This document shows positions 1-7,693 of a DNA stretch of 54,923 nt, piece after piece. The notes below the pieces were generated by a model. That model searched no databases. It was not told where the DNA came from and was given only the letters and a program-made list of their open reading frames with translations. This DNA is from a virus. Its lineage: Duplodnaviria; Caudoviricetes. Within the stretch, counting starts at the first letter, position 1, and each line of letters opens with the position of its first letter. The DNA is taken from positions 1-54,923 of IMG/VR virus record IMGVR_UViG_3300046171_000008; one strand, 5' to 3'. Position numbers and translations under genes: made by a program.

Positions 1-249
1 CACCGCCGTTATGTTATAACATTACATTCTTACAGTCTGGCATTCATGTTGCGGGTGGATATCGTCAAAGCATAGGTGATGCCTTGCCGGTATTGCCGCG
101 CATGGGGTGAAAATTGGCGGTTTTGCTAGGGTTTTGAGGCATTTTATTTGCTGGCAACGCCAGACATGCCTTTGATTTTTGCCAATTCTGGCAAATCTAT
201 CACGACATGCGACCCCGGCAGGGGCCACACCCCCGTAGGTAGTACGTAT
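1..249. repeat. Left direct terminal repeat (249 bp)
   Basis: 1..249 (caccgccgtt...agtacgtat) is identical to 54675..54923. Confidence 0.95.
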
Positions 250-409
250 ATACACATAAATACACAGATCAGGTAAATCAAGTGTTAACCACAAGGGCAA
301 TGCATAACTATACATGCACAAGTATAGTGCAATATGCCTAAAAAATAGGCAACTTTAGATAACTGGACCCATAAACTAGAAAACTGTAGTACCAGATGCA
401 GAAAGGGTG

Positions 410-438
410 TTGACAGGTAGGGCCAATTCTGGTATAAT
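410..438 (+). promoter_or_regulatory. Sigma70 promoter heading the + arm
   Basis: TTGACA(410-415)-17 nt-TATAAT(433-438), with extended -10 TG. Confidence 0.85.
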
Positions 439-459
439 TATGTATAACTAGGAATCATA

Positions 460-567
460 TAAGTGTTACACTTAACTGTACTTAGTTAAATCTATAAAAA
501 CACTTAGCTACAACACTTAAATGATTTAAAGTTTCTTTGTTAATACACTTAACTGAACACATAAGTG
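460..567. repeat. Cluster of short (A)CACTTA iterons
   Basis: TAAGTG 460, ACACTTAACTG 468 and 545, TACTTAG 479, ACACTTAG 500, ACACTTAA 513, TAAGTG 562. Confidence 0.65.
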
Positions 568-599
568 ATATCACCCGTGATAAAAGAAAGTACTTGACA

Positions 600-812
600 A
601 TGGCGAAGAAATCTGTAAAACTATACACAGACAATGTACTTGATGCATTCTACAATGCCATCCGTACAAACACATTAGACAAACTCCACATACCTCATAG
701 CGATGTTTTCTACGTGCGTACTGCCGTGGAGGCATACTATGGGCGTTCCTTTACTCTGAAACACGTAGAAGATGCTATGAGAGCAGAAGGGTGGACAGAG
801 AGGAACGAATGA
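600..812 (+). CDS. Hypothetical protein
   Basis: MAKKSVKLYT...; start chosen at ATG 600 inside the 537..812 ORF. Confidence 0.65.
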   Translation: MAKKSVKLYTDNVLDAFYNAIRTNTLDKLHIPHSDVFYVRTAVEAYYGRSFTLKHVEDAMRAEGWTERNE

Positions 813-813
813 T

Positions 814-1011
814 ATGTTTGAAGCATGGATAATGGTCTGTGTTATGTACCAGACAGGTGCGTGTTTTCCTGCACAAGACACTCGTGGTCCGTATAAGACG
901 CATGACGAGTGCTATGAGCGTACCGTAGAAATGAGTGCAGATATTATTGAGAACATTCCGCTACACGTACCTGTAAGCTGGAAGTGTACATCACCGGGAA
1001 CTCCAACATAA
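814..1011 (+). CDS. Small putatively exported Cys-containing protein
   Basis: Hydrophobic N-terminus, 4 Cys, TAATG-coupled to the next gene. Confidence 0.6.
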   Translation: MFEAWIMVCVMYQTGACFPAQDTRGPYKTHDECYERTVEMSADIIENIPLHVPVSWKCTSPGTPT

Positions 1012-1304
1012 TGGCTATACCAGAGAGAGTACGTAATAAAATGAAAGAGGAAGGTCTCAAGGGCGTGAACAAGCCTAAGAGAACTCCTAACCACCCAACT
1101 AAGTCGCACTGTGTGATGGCATCAGAAGGTGGTAAGTATAAGTTCATACGCTTTGGTCAGCAGGGCGTATCAGGTGCTGGTAAGAATCCTAAGTCAGCGA
1201 AGGATAAGGCACGTAAGAAGTCCTATTATGCACGTCACGATGCACAGGGCAAGCCAACTACTAAGCTGTCTGCGAAGTATTGGTCACATAAGGTTAAATG
1301 GTAA
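1011..1304 (+). CDS. Small basic conserved phage protein (IRFGQQG...YYARH...YWS..VKW; DUF6321/DUF5754-like)
   Basis: Motifs recalled from marine phage and giant-virus proteins; ATG 1011 overlaps the upstream stop. Confidence 0.6.
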   Translation: MAIPERVRNKMKEEGLKGVNKPKRTPNHPTKSHCVMASEGGKYKFIRFGQQGVSGAGKNPKSAKDKARKKSYYARHDAQGKPTTKLSAKYWSHKVKW

Positions 1305-1316
1305 TAGGAGATACCC

Positions 1317-1946
1317 ATGTCATTCGCAGAAATGTTTAAACCTAAAGGTAGATATAAAGCAGAGTTAGAAGAACTACGTAAAAAAGGACGTAGTTTTAAT
1401 TTAGGGTCTGTAATTGACTTTCTTGTAAATAAACCTACATTTAAACCTGACCTAACGGGTAAACGTAAACGGAATGCAGCACGTATTGCAGCAGAAAGCA
1501 TGGTCAATCGTGCTACATCGCAAGGTGGTCGATCTCGTGAGCAGGTAATTGAGCAGCGTCAAAAGCGGCTGGCAGCTAAGTCTGCAGCGCAAGGTGGTGG
1601 TTCTGTATTGTCTAAGAGAAAGAAAAGTACTAGTAAAAAAGCTGCTAGTGAGGAATCAGCACAGCGCGGTGCAGTAAGAAGTGCAGCTAAAGCAAAGACA
1701 GCTAAAGAAGCGCGTAAGGGTCCACCACAGCGTAAAGCCACGACAGTGACAAAGAAAGTGACACCACCAAAGGCAAAGCCTAAGATGTACACGACTATTG
1801 ATCCAAAAACAGGTAAGCTGGTGGATAAAAAGGTAACAGCGGCACAGCATCTTGCAAATCTTGATAAGTTTAAGGCACGTAAAAAGGCACAGGATTTGAT
1901 TAAGTCAGCCGCAAAAGCATCTATGAAGAAAAAAGGAAAGAAATAA
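1317..1946 (+). CDS. Lys/Ala-rich basic protein
   Basis: 209-aa ORF with AGGAG RBS; histone-H1-like composition. Confidence 0.7.
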   Translation: MSFAEMFKPKGRYKAELEELRKKGRSFNLGSVIDFLVNKPTFKPDLTGKRKRNAARIAAESMVNRATSQGGRSREQVIEQRQKRLAAKSAAQGGGSVLSKRKKSTSKKAASEESAQRGAVRSAAKAKTAKEARKGPPQRKATTVTKKVTPPKAKPKMYTTIDPKTGKLVDKKVTAAQHLANLDKFKARKKAQDLIKSAAKASMKKKGKK

Positions 1947-2293
1947 TGGACCTTAAATCAAAATCAGATTCACAGCTACGTAACATGCTGAACAAAGATA
2001 GTGGATACAGTGCTAATGAAGTGCGGTCTGTACTCGCTGAAATGAAGTCACGTGGTTTGCCTACACCGCCCGCAAAGATGGTGACAGGTGGTCGTAAGGC
2101 TAAAGACGTGGACATTACACTGCCTACACCAAAGCCTAAAAAGAAGACTGCCATGATGCGTGGCGGTATGGCTAATGGCAAGGTACACATGTATGCTGCA
2201 GGTGGTTCTGTCACAGAGAACCCCGGACTGAAGGCACTTAAAGCTAGTGGGCCAAAGGGCATGGAAGCCTACAATAAAATTACAGGTAAGTAA
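1946..2293 (+). CDS. Basic protein with three xxGG motifs
   Basis: 115 aa; MVTGG, MMRGG, YAAGG; TAATG coupling on both sides. Confidence 0.75.
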   Translation: MDLKSKSDSQLRNMLNKDSGYSANEVRSVLAEMKSRGLPTPPAKMVTGGRKAKDVDITLPTPKPKKKTAMMRGGMANGKVHMYAAGGSVTENPGLKALKASGPKGMEAYNKITGK

Positions 2294-2874
2294 TGGCTCC
2301 CAGAGTACCAAGAAAAAAAGGTCAACCTGCAAAGTCTAAGAAGCATAGTGATCTGTACACAGACGAAGACCCTAAAGGAACTATAAAGGGTTTAAAGTTT
2401 GCTACAGTGAAAGATGCTGAAGCTAGTGTGCGTAAAATTAAAGCGTCAGACAGAACTGATGCACACAAGACACAGGCTGCTATAGCTATGGAACAACGAG
2501 CAAAGGTTGCTGGCAAGATTGCAGCAGCATCTGTGTTTCGTAAGTTTATAGAAAGTCAAAAGAAAAAAACTATGACTAAAAAGAAAACTACCAAGAAGAA
2601 AATGGCAGTTGGCGGTGTTGCAAATAAACGTAACTACCGTAAAGAGTACGACAACTACCACGGTAAGCCAGAACAAATTAAGAGGCGTGACAGCCGTAAT
2701 GCTGCACGTAACTCTCTTAAAAAAGCTGGTGTAAATGTAGCGGGTAAGGATGTAGCGCACAAGAATGGCAATCCTCGTGACAATAGCCGTGGTAATCTTA
2801 CTTTGCAAAGGGCTTCTCAGAACAGGTCTTTTGCAAGAACTAAGACAGCAGGTAAGCGGAACAGACGTGCATAA
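2293..2874 (+). CDS. Two-domain basic protein: HSDLYTDEDP domain plus C-terminal HNH-like domain
   Basis: C-terminal DVAHKNGNPRDNSRGNL resembles an HNH motif; linker has KKMAVGG. Confidence 0.6.
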   Translation: MAPRVPRKKGQPAKSKKHSDLYTDEDPKGTIKGLKFATVKDAEASVRKIKASDRTDAHKTQAAIAMEQRAKVAGKIAAASVFRKFIESQKKKTMTKKKTTKKKMAVGGVANKRNYRKEYDNYHGKPEQIKRRDSRNAARNSLKKAGVNVAGKDVAHKNGNPRDNSRGNLTLQRASQNRSFARTKTAGKRNRRA

Positions 2875-3412
2875 GATTGAAGCTGACATACGTAAATGGT
2901 CAAATGATTTTCTTGAAGTACCCAATGCGAAGCTGAATGGCCTACCCCCATGCCCGTATGCAAAACAGGCGTGGCTAGATGGTAAAGTTACTTTTAGCAT
3001 CAATACAGGTATAGATGGACTAATACAATCTGTACGTGAGTTTGATACACACAACTACGACATTGTAGTGTGGGCTAATGAAGAACTGCCAAACATGGAA
3101 TACCTAGATGGTCTATGTGACGGCATGAATGAATTAATGTCTATAGCTGGCATTGATATGCACCTAATGGTGTTTCATCCAGACTACGATGCTGAAAAAG
3201 CTGGGCTGGACTTTTTAGTAGAAGATGGTATCGTAGATGATTCCCTAGAATACTGCATGGTATTTGTGCAGCGACTATCTGTGCTGGACGATGCAGCATT
3301 GAGTTTAGAAAAGAGTGGATACTATTTACATTTTCCTGTAGAAGTATTTCACTCATTAGTTATAGACAGACGGAGATTAAGAAATGAAAGGCAAGACAAA
3401 AGTAGCATCTAA
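2867..3412 (+). CDS. DUF1415-like protein
   Basis: PCPYA and VFHPDY motifs; GTG start inferred. Confidence 0.6.
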   Translation: MHKIEADIRKWSNDFLEVPNAKLNGLPPCPYAKQAWLDGKVTFSINTGIDGLIQSVREFDTHNYDIVVWANEELPNMEYLDGLCDGMNELMSIAGIDMHLMVFHPDYDAEKAGLDFLVEDGIVDDSLEYCMVFVQRLSVLDDAALSLEKSGYYLHFPVEVFHSLVIDRRRLRNERQDKSSI

Positions 3413-3524
3413 AAAAATGATGCGTGGCGGTGTAGCTGCAAAGAAAATGCGTGGTGGCGGTATGGCTAAAATGGCATCAAAGAAAAAAATGATGCGCGGT
3501 GGAATGGCTAAGAAGAAGAAGTAA
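3384..3524 (+). CDS. 46-aa protamine-like peptide with three GG-motif units (absent from the ORF track)
   Basis: MKGKTKVASKKMMRGGVAAKKMRGGGMAKMASKKKMMRGGMAKKKK; GGAG RBS at 3372; TAATG overlap with 3524. Confidence 0.8.
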   Translation: MKGKTKVASKKMMRGGVAAKKMRGGGMAKMASKKKMMRGGMAKKKK

Positions 3525-3883
3525 TGCCAGTACTACAATCAGGCTCAAAGTTTCGTACCGAAGTCGTGTCGTTGTCCACAACGAACAAGACGAATGTGTA
3601 TACTGTACCTGCAAACTTTTCTTCACACTTGGAAAATTTGTTTGTAAGTAATAACCACACAGGTAACGTAACTTTGAGCCTACACCTTTTTCATGCAGAT
3701 GATAATACAGAGTATGACTTACTGACTACACATGCTATTTCAGGTGGTTCTTATGAGTCTATCTTTACTGTAGACAGACCACTGTATTTACACGCAGGTG
3801 ACATCATTAAATGCACAGCGGATACAGCAAGCAAGCTAGTTGTTACCACTGCATGTGAAGAATTTTTTGACCCAGCGAGATAG
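3524..3883 (+). CDS. Small beta-rich virion-type protein, likely paralogue of 19863..20192
   Basis: VYTVPA...VSN...LYLHAGDIIK pattern shared with 19863..20192. Confidence 0.65.
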   Translation: MPVLQSGSKFRTEVVSLSTTNKTNVYTVPANFSSHLENLFVSNNHTGNVTLSLHLFHADDNTEYDLLTTHAISGGSYESIFTVDRPLYLHAGDIIKCTADTASKLVVTTACEEFFDPAR

Positions 3884-3893
3884 GAGACAGGAG

Positions 3894-4172
3894 ATGAACC
3901 GTGTCACTAAAAAACCAGCCGCTAAAAAGAAAACCACACAAGCTAGAACGAAAACGAAACAGACTAGAACGGTTAAACTTGCGGCGGGTGGTGCGCCAAA
4001 GAGCAAAAGCAGAGTTAATGAAGCTGGCAACTATACTAAGCCCGGAATGAGGAAGCAACAGTTTAACCGCATTAAGGCTGGTGGCAAAGGCGGCGCACCC
4101 GGACAGTGGTCGGCGAGAAAAGCCCAGATGCTTGCCAAGGCTTACAAGTCAGCAGGTGGTGGCTACAAATGA
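3894..4172 (+). CDS. DUF5872-like N-terminal half (GQWSARKAQ)
   Basis: NYTKP...KGG.PGQWSARKAQMLAKAYKSAGGGY. Confidence 0.65.
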   Translation: MNRVTKKPAAKKKTTQARTKTKQTRTVKLAAGGAPKSKSRVNEAGNYTKPGMRKQQFNRIKAGGKGGAPGQWSARKAQMLAKAYKSAGGGYK

Positions 4173-4173
4173 T

Positions 4174-4365
4174 ATGGAACATGTATTCCTACTATTAGTA
4201 TTTGTAGGCATTGGAGAAGAAAAGAAACTAGAGAGCAAAGACTTATTCTTTAGGGATTTGCAAGAATGTGTCTGGTACGCACAGACATTACATAAACAAG
4301 GGAATTTAGTTACTGCATACTGCCTTCCTAAATACGTTAACCCCGGCAACGTAAGGATATATTAA
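4174..4365 (+). CDS. Small putatively exported two-Cys protein
   Basis: MEHVFLLLVFVG...ECVWYA...AYCLPK. Confidence 0.6.
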   Translation: MEHVFLLLVFVGIGEEKKLESKDLFFRDLQECVWYAQTLHKQGNLVTAYCLPKYVNPGNVRIY

Positions 4366-5057
4366 TGGACCCGATTAGTGCAATGGCAACAGCATCAGCA
4401 GCGTTTGGTGCTATCAAAAAAGGCTTTCAAGTAGGTCGTGATATTGAATCAATGGCTTCTGACTTGTCACGCTGGATGGGCGCAATGTCCGACTTGGACA
4501 TGTTGGAGAAGGAAGCCAAGAACCCGCCTATCTTCAAGAAGTTATTTGCTGGTAAGTCTGTAGAACAAGAAGCTATAGAAACATTTGCTGCAAAGCAAAA
4601 GGCTCAAACACAACGCTACGAGTTACAGCAGTGGATTGGCATGACTATGGGTAGGTCCAAGTGGGATGAACTCGTGCGTATGGAAGGGTCCATCCGTAAG
4701 CAACGCCAAGAAACACTATATAAACAAAGGCAACGTAGACGTAAGTTTGTTGAAATTGTGGCATGGATATTAATGATACTGCTTGCTTCAGGTCTACTGT
4801 ATGGATTCATATTATTTCTTAAAGGTCTTGCAGCTAATGCAAGCCCAGAGTATGTAGTATGTAGACTACAAGGATGCCAGACCATAGATGGGGAGAGGCT
4901 GTGCATATATCACGGTGCTAACAATACAGTGGATAATGTTTGGTTAGATACTAGCGAATACTTTCCAAAAGAAATACAATGTAAATATGACCCAAAGAAT
5001 GAAAAGCCACCTAGTTTACGTGATACATTTAAAGCTATAGAAAAATCGAGGAAGTAA
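4365..5057 (+). CDS. Membrane protein with C-terminal Cys-rich domain
   Basis: 230 aa; TM segment after RRRRK; 4 Cys in the C-terminal domain. Confidence 0.7.
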   Translation: MDPISAMATASAAFGAIKKGFQVGRDIESMASDLSRWMGAMSDLDMLEKEAKNPPIFKKLFAGKSVEQEAIETFAAKQKAQTQRYELQQWIGMTMGRSKWDELVRMEGSIRKQRQETLYKQRQRRRKFVEIVAWILMILLASGLLYGFILFLKGLAANASPEYVVCRLQGCQTIDGERLCIYHGANNTVDNVWLDTSEYFPKEIQCKYDPKNEKPPSLRDTFKAIEKSRK

Positions 5058-5296
5058 TGAAGAAGCCACAGCAAAGCCTTAAAAACTGGACAGCGCAGAA
5101 GTGGCGCACTAAATCAGGAAAGCCATCTGCAAAGACAGGTGAAAGGTATTTACCTGATGCTGCAATAAAATCCTTGACAAGTGCGGAGTATGCTGCTACA
5201 ACTAAGGCAAAGAGAAAAGGTAAAGCAGCAGGTAAACAATTTGTTAAACAGCCAAAAACTATTGCTAAGAAGACCGCTAAGTTTCGGAGAGGCTAA
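5057..5296 (+). CDS. DUF5872-like C-terminal half (WT.QKW...ERYLP...KQFV)
   Basis: SLKNWTAQKWRTKSG...ERYLP...GKQFVKQP. Confidence 0.65.
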   Translation: MKKPQQSLKNWTAQKWRTKSGKPSAKTGERYLPDAAIKSLTSAEYAATTKAKRKGKAAGKQFVKQPKTIAKKTAKFRRG

Positions 5297-5679
5297 TGTT
5301 AAACTTACTCATAGGACCAATCTCTCAACTCGCGGGTACGTGGCTTGAAGGAAAGGTTGAAACTAAGAAAGCAGAGACTGCATCTAAAGTCGCAACGGCG
5401 AAGGCTGAAGCGGTTATTATGGAAAAAAAGGCGACCGGGGAAATAGACTGGGATTTGGAGATGGCTAAAGGTAGTCAGTCTTCATGGAAAGACGAATGGC
5501 TTACTATTTTGTTTTCAATCCCGCTTATCCTAGCCTTCATTCCCGGCATGGAAGAAGTAGTAGCAAATGGATTTGCACAACTCAATGCGATGCCTGAATG
5601 GTATCAATATAGCCTTGGTGTTATTGTTGCTGCCAGCTTTGGTGTACGCAGTGCTACAAAATTCTTTGGTAAAAGGTAG
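5296..5679 (+). CDS. Putative holin (3TM/DUF3154-like)
   Basis: SWKDEW + TM, MPEWY + TM + SFG.R; upstream of the endolysin. Confidence 0.65.
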   Translation: MLNLLIGPISQLAGTWLEGKVETKKAETASKVATAKAEAVIMEKKATGEIDWDLEMAKGSQSSWKDEWLTILFSIPLILAFIPGMEEVVANGFAQLNAMPEWYQYSLGVIVAASFGVRSATKFFGKR

Positions 5680-5739
5680 TCCTAGTGGCGAAGTGGAGTT
5701 TGCACGAGAGAACTACAGAAGAGCAAGCGAGGATAAATC

Positions 5740-5943
5740 GTGGCAGAAGTAACAATGGAAAGATTTCTACGGTGGAAGATACTTCCCCGTCTGATGATGA
5801 TTGGGATGTCGCTATCGGCTTGGCGGGTAGTGGAGTGGTTTATGTCACTACCGGAACCAACAAGTCAGCAAGCAGCACTAGTAAGTGTAGTCACGGGGGC
5901 CATGACAGGTGCATTTGCGGTCTGGATGGGGCATGAAAAATGA
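5740..5943 (+). CDS. Small two-TM membrane protein in the lysis cassette
   Basis: WKILPRLMM...WFMSLPEPT; overlaps the endolysin start. Confidence 0.6.
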   Translation: MAEVTMERFLRWKILPRLMMIGMSLSAWRVVEWFMSLPEPTSQQAALVSVVTGAMTGAFAVWMGHEK

Positions 5944-6431
5944 AATATCGTAAAGAAGACTTTATTGAAAAACTAATTAAACACGAAGGTCTACGCCTTG
6001 AAGTGTACAAAGATTCACTAGGAATTGATACCATTGGTATTGGACGTAACCTAGAAGACCGTGGCATTACGCCAGCAGAACTGGAGTGGATGGATATTCC
6101 TAATATGGCAGTTGTTCATACTATGGGTATCTCCGAAGCTGATGCCATGTATCTAGCAGGGAATGACGTGCAGATAGTCGAAGAGGAACTTGTGAGAGCG
6201 CACCCTTGCGTTGACAAGCTAGACGCTGTACGTCAACTTGTAGTCATGGACATGGCATTTAATATGGGTGTACCAAGACTTTGTAAATTTAAAAAAATGT
6301 GGGCGGCTATCCACGAAGAAAATTATCCTACTGCAGCAAAAGAAATGCTTGACAGTAGGTGGGCAGTTCAGGTAAAATCGCGTAGTACAAAGTTAGCCCA
6401 TGCTATGCATCATGGAGAGTTTAGTGGCTAG
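5940..6431 (+). CDS. Endolysin, T4-like lysozyme (GH24)
   Basis: HEGLRL.VYKDSLG..TIGIGRNL catalytic E-D-T pattern; MAFNMG; EMLDSRWA.QV..R. Confidence 0.9.
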   Translation: MKYRKEDFIEKLIKHEGLRLEVYKDSLGIDTIGIGRNLEDRGITPAELEWMDIPNMAVVHTMGISEADAMYLAGNDVQIVEEELVRAHPCVDKLDAVRQLVVMDMAFNMGVPRLCKFKKMWAAIHEENYPTAAKEMLDSRWAVQVKSRSTKLAHAMHHGEFSG

Positions 6432-6798
6432 ACAGCTAACAGCAAAACAACAAGTATTTTTGAATGCGCTTTTCGATGAAGCAGGAGGTAGTGTAATCTT
6501 AGCTAAGAAGATTGCAGGTTACGCTGACACAAGTTCTACATCTGAAATTGTTAAAGGATTGAAAGAAGAAATACTAGAAGCCACACAGCTATATATGGCA
6601 CGTAATGCACCACAGGCTGCAGTTGCTATGGCAGGTGCGTTGATGGACCCGACTGAACTTGGCATTCGTGATAAGATGTCTGCCGCTAAAGAACTGCTTG
6701 ACCGTACTGGTCTGGTAAAGACTGAGAAGATGCAAGTAGAAGCATCGGGCGGTGTAATGCTTATGCCACCTAAAGCTGTCGTAGAGGATGATGACTAA
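6424..6798 (+). CDS. Terminase small subunit (probable)
   Basis: LTAKQQ.FL HTH start, AGY, AAKELLDRTG; upstream of TerL. Confidence 0.7.
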   Translation: MARQLTAKQQVFLNALFDEAGGSVILAKKIAGYADTSSTSEIVKGLKEEILEATQLYMARNAPQAAVAMAGALMDPTELGIRDKMSAAKELLDRTGLVKTEKMQVEASGGVMLMPPKAVVEDDD

Positions 6799-7295
6799 TG
6801 ACAAACCCATTTAAAGCCCGTACAGAAGGAACTAAAGACAAACCACTGTCTCCTTATGAAAAAAAGTTAAAAAAACTAAAACAAAAAAATAAACAAAAAA
6901 CTGAAGACGCTAATTTCAGTGTATCAGCAGGAAAGTTTGGCGATAAAAGTAGTACTTTAAGTGATATTGCTAATAAACTTGGTATTACATTAAAGTCTTT
7001 AAAAAAAGAAAATCCACAAATAAAAGACTTAAATAAAATATCAAAAAATCAAAAAATTAATGTTCCCCTACGTAGGCAAACTTTTTTTGAGAAATACATA
7101 GCTGGCCCTAAAACAAAACCATCCACTCGTGAAGTAGTAACAGGCAAAGATAAAAAAGAACAACTGGCTGTAAAAAAAGGTGCAGAAGGTAAAGTCTATA
7201 AAGGTATGTCTAAAAAAGATATGGCTGCAATAACACTTGACTATCGTGTAGGTGGTATGGTAAAATCTACAGTAGACAATAGAAAAAAGAAATGA
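6798..7295 (+). CDS. Basic LysM-domain protein
   Basis: TLSDIANKLGITLKSLKKENPQIKDLNKISKNQKINVP is a LysM pattern. Confidence 0.75.
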   Translation: MTNPFKARTEGTKDKPLSPYEKKLKKLKQKNKQKTEDANFSVSAGKFGDKSSTLSDIANKLGITLKSLKKENPQIKDLNKISKNQKINVPLRRQTFFEKYIAGPKTKPSTREVVTGKDKKEQLAVKKGAEGKVYKGMSKKDMAAITLDYRVGGMVKSTVDNRKKK

Positions 7296-7693
7296 CTAGA
7301 AGCATAGGTAAGTGGAAGCTACCACAGCCAACCGATATTAAAGAAGAAAATGAATGGGTGCAAATACCTCGCATTGCTAGGACTGTACCTTTCGGCTACA
7401 AGCAAAACGAACAAGACCCCGACATTCTTGACCCAATACCAACAGAACTTGACCTGCTAGAAAAAGCTAGGTCACATGTAAATCAGTATAGTTATCGTGA
7501 AGTAGCCAACTGGCTTAGTACACAGACAGGGCGATACATATCTCACGTAGGTCTAAGGAAACGGCTAAGTAATGAGCGGAAACGTAAGAACCAAGCTGCA
7601 AGCCTCCGCAAGTGGGCAGAATATGCGGAAACGGCAATCGCCAAAGCGAAAGCCATCCAAGAAGAAAGAACAGGCGCAAAAGCCAACAGTTGA
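7292..7693 (+). CDS. Putative DNA-binding protein (recombinase-domain-like HTH)
   Basis: VPFGY...SYREVANWLS...ISHVGLRKRL. Confidence 0.55.
   Translation: MTRSIGKWKLPQPTDIKEENEWVQIPRIARTVPFGYKQNEQDPDILDPIPTELDLLEKARSHVNQYSYREVANWLSTQTGRYISHVGLRKRLSNERKRKNQAASLRKWAEYAETAIAKAKAIQEERTGAKANS

Noticed and set aside
172-185. FNR/FixK-like site TTGAT-N4-GCCAA
   Set aside because: Right half is a poor match and the site overlaps a better palindrome (TTTGCCA-N4-TGGCAAA).
22-321. 99-aa and 68-aa (54696..54902) minus-strand ORFs in the terminal repeat
   Set aside because: No RBS or recognisable motif; the region looks regulatory.
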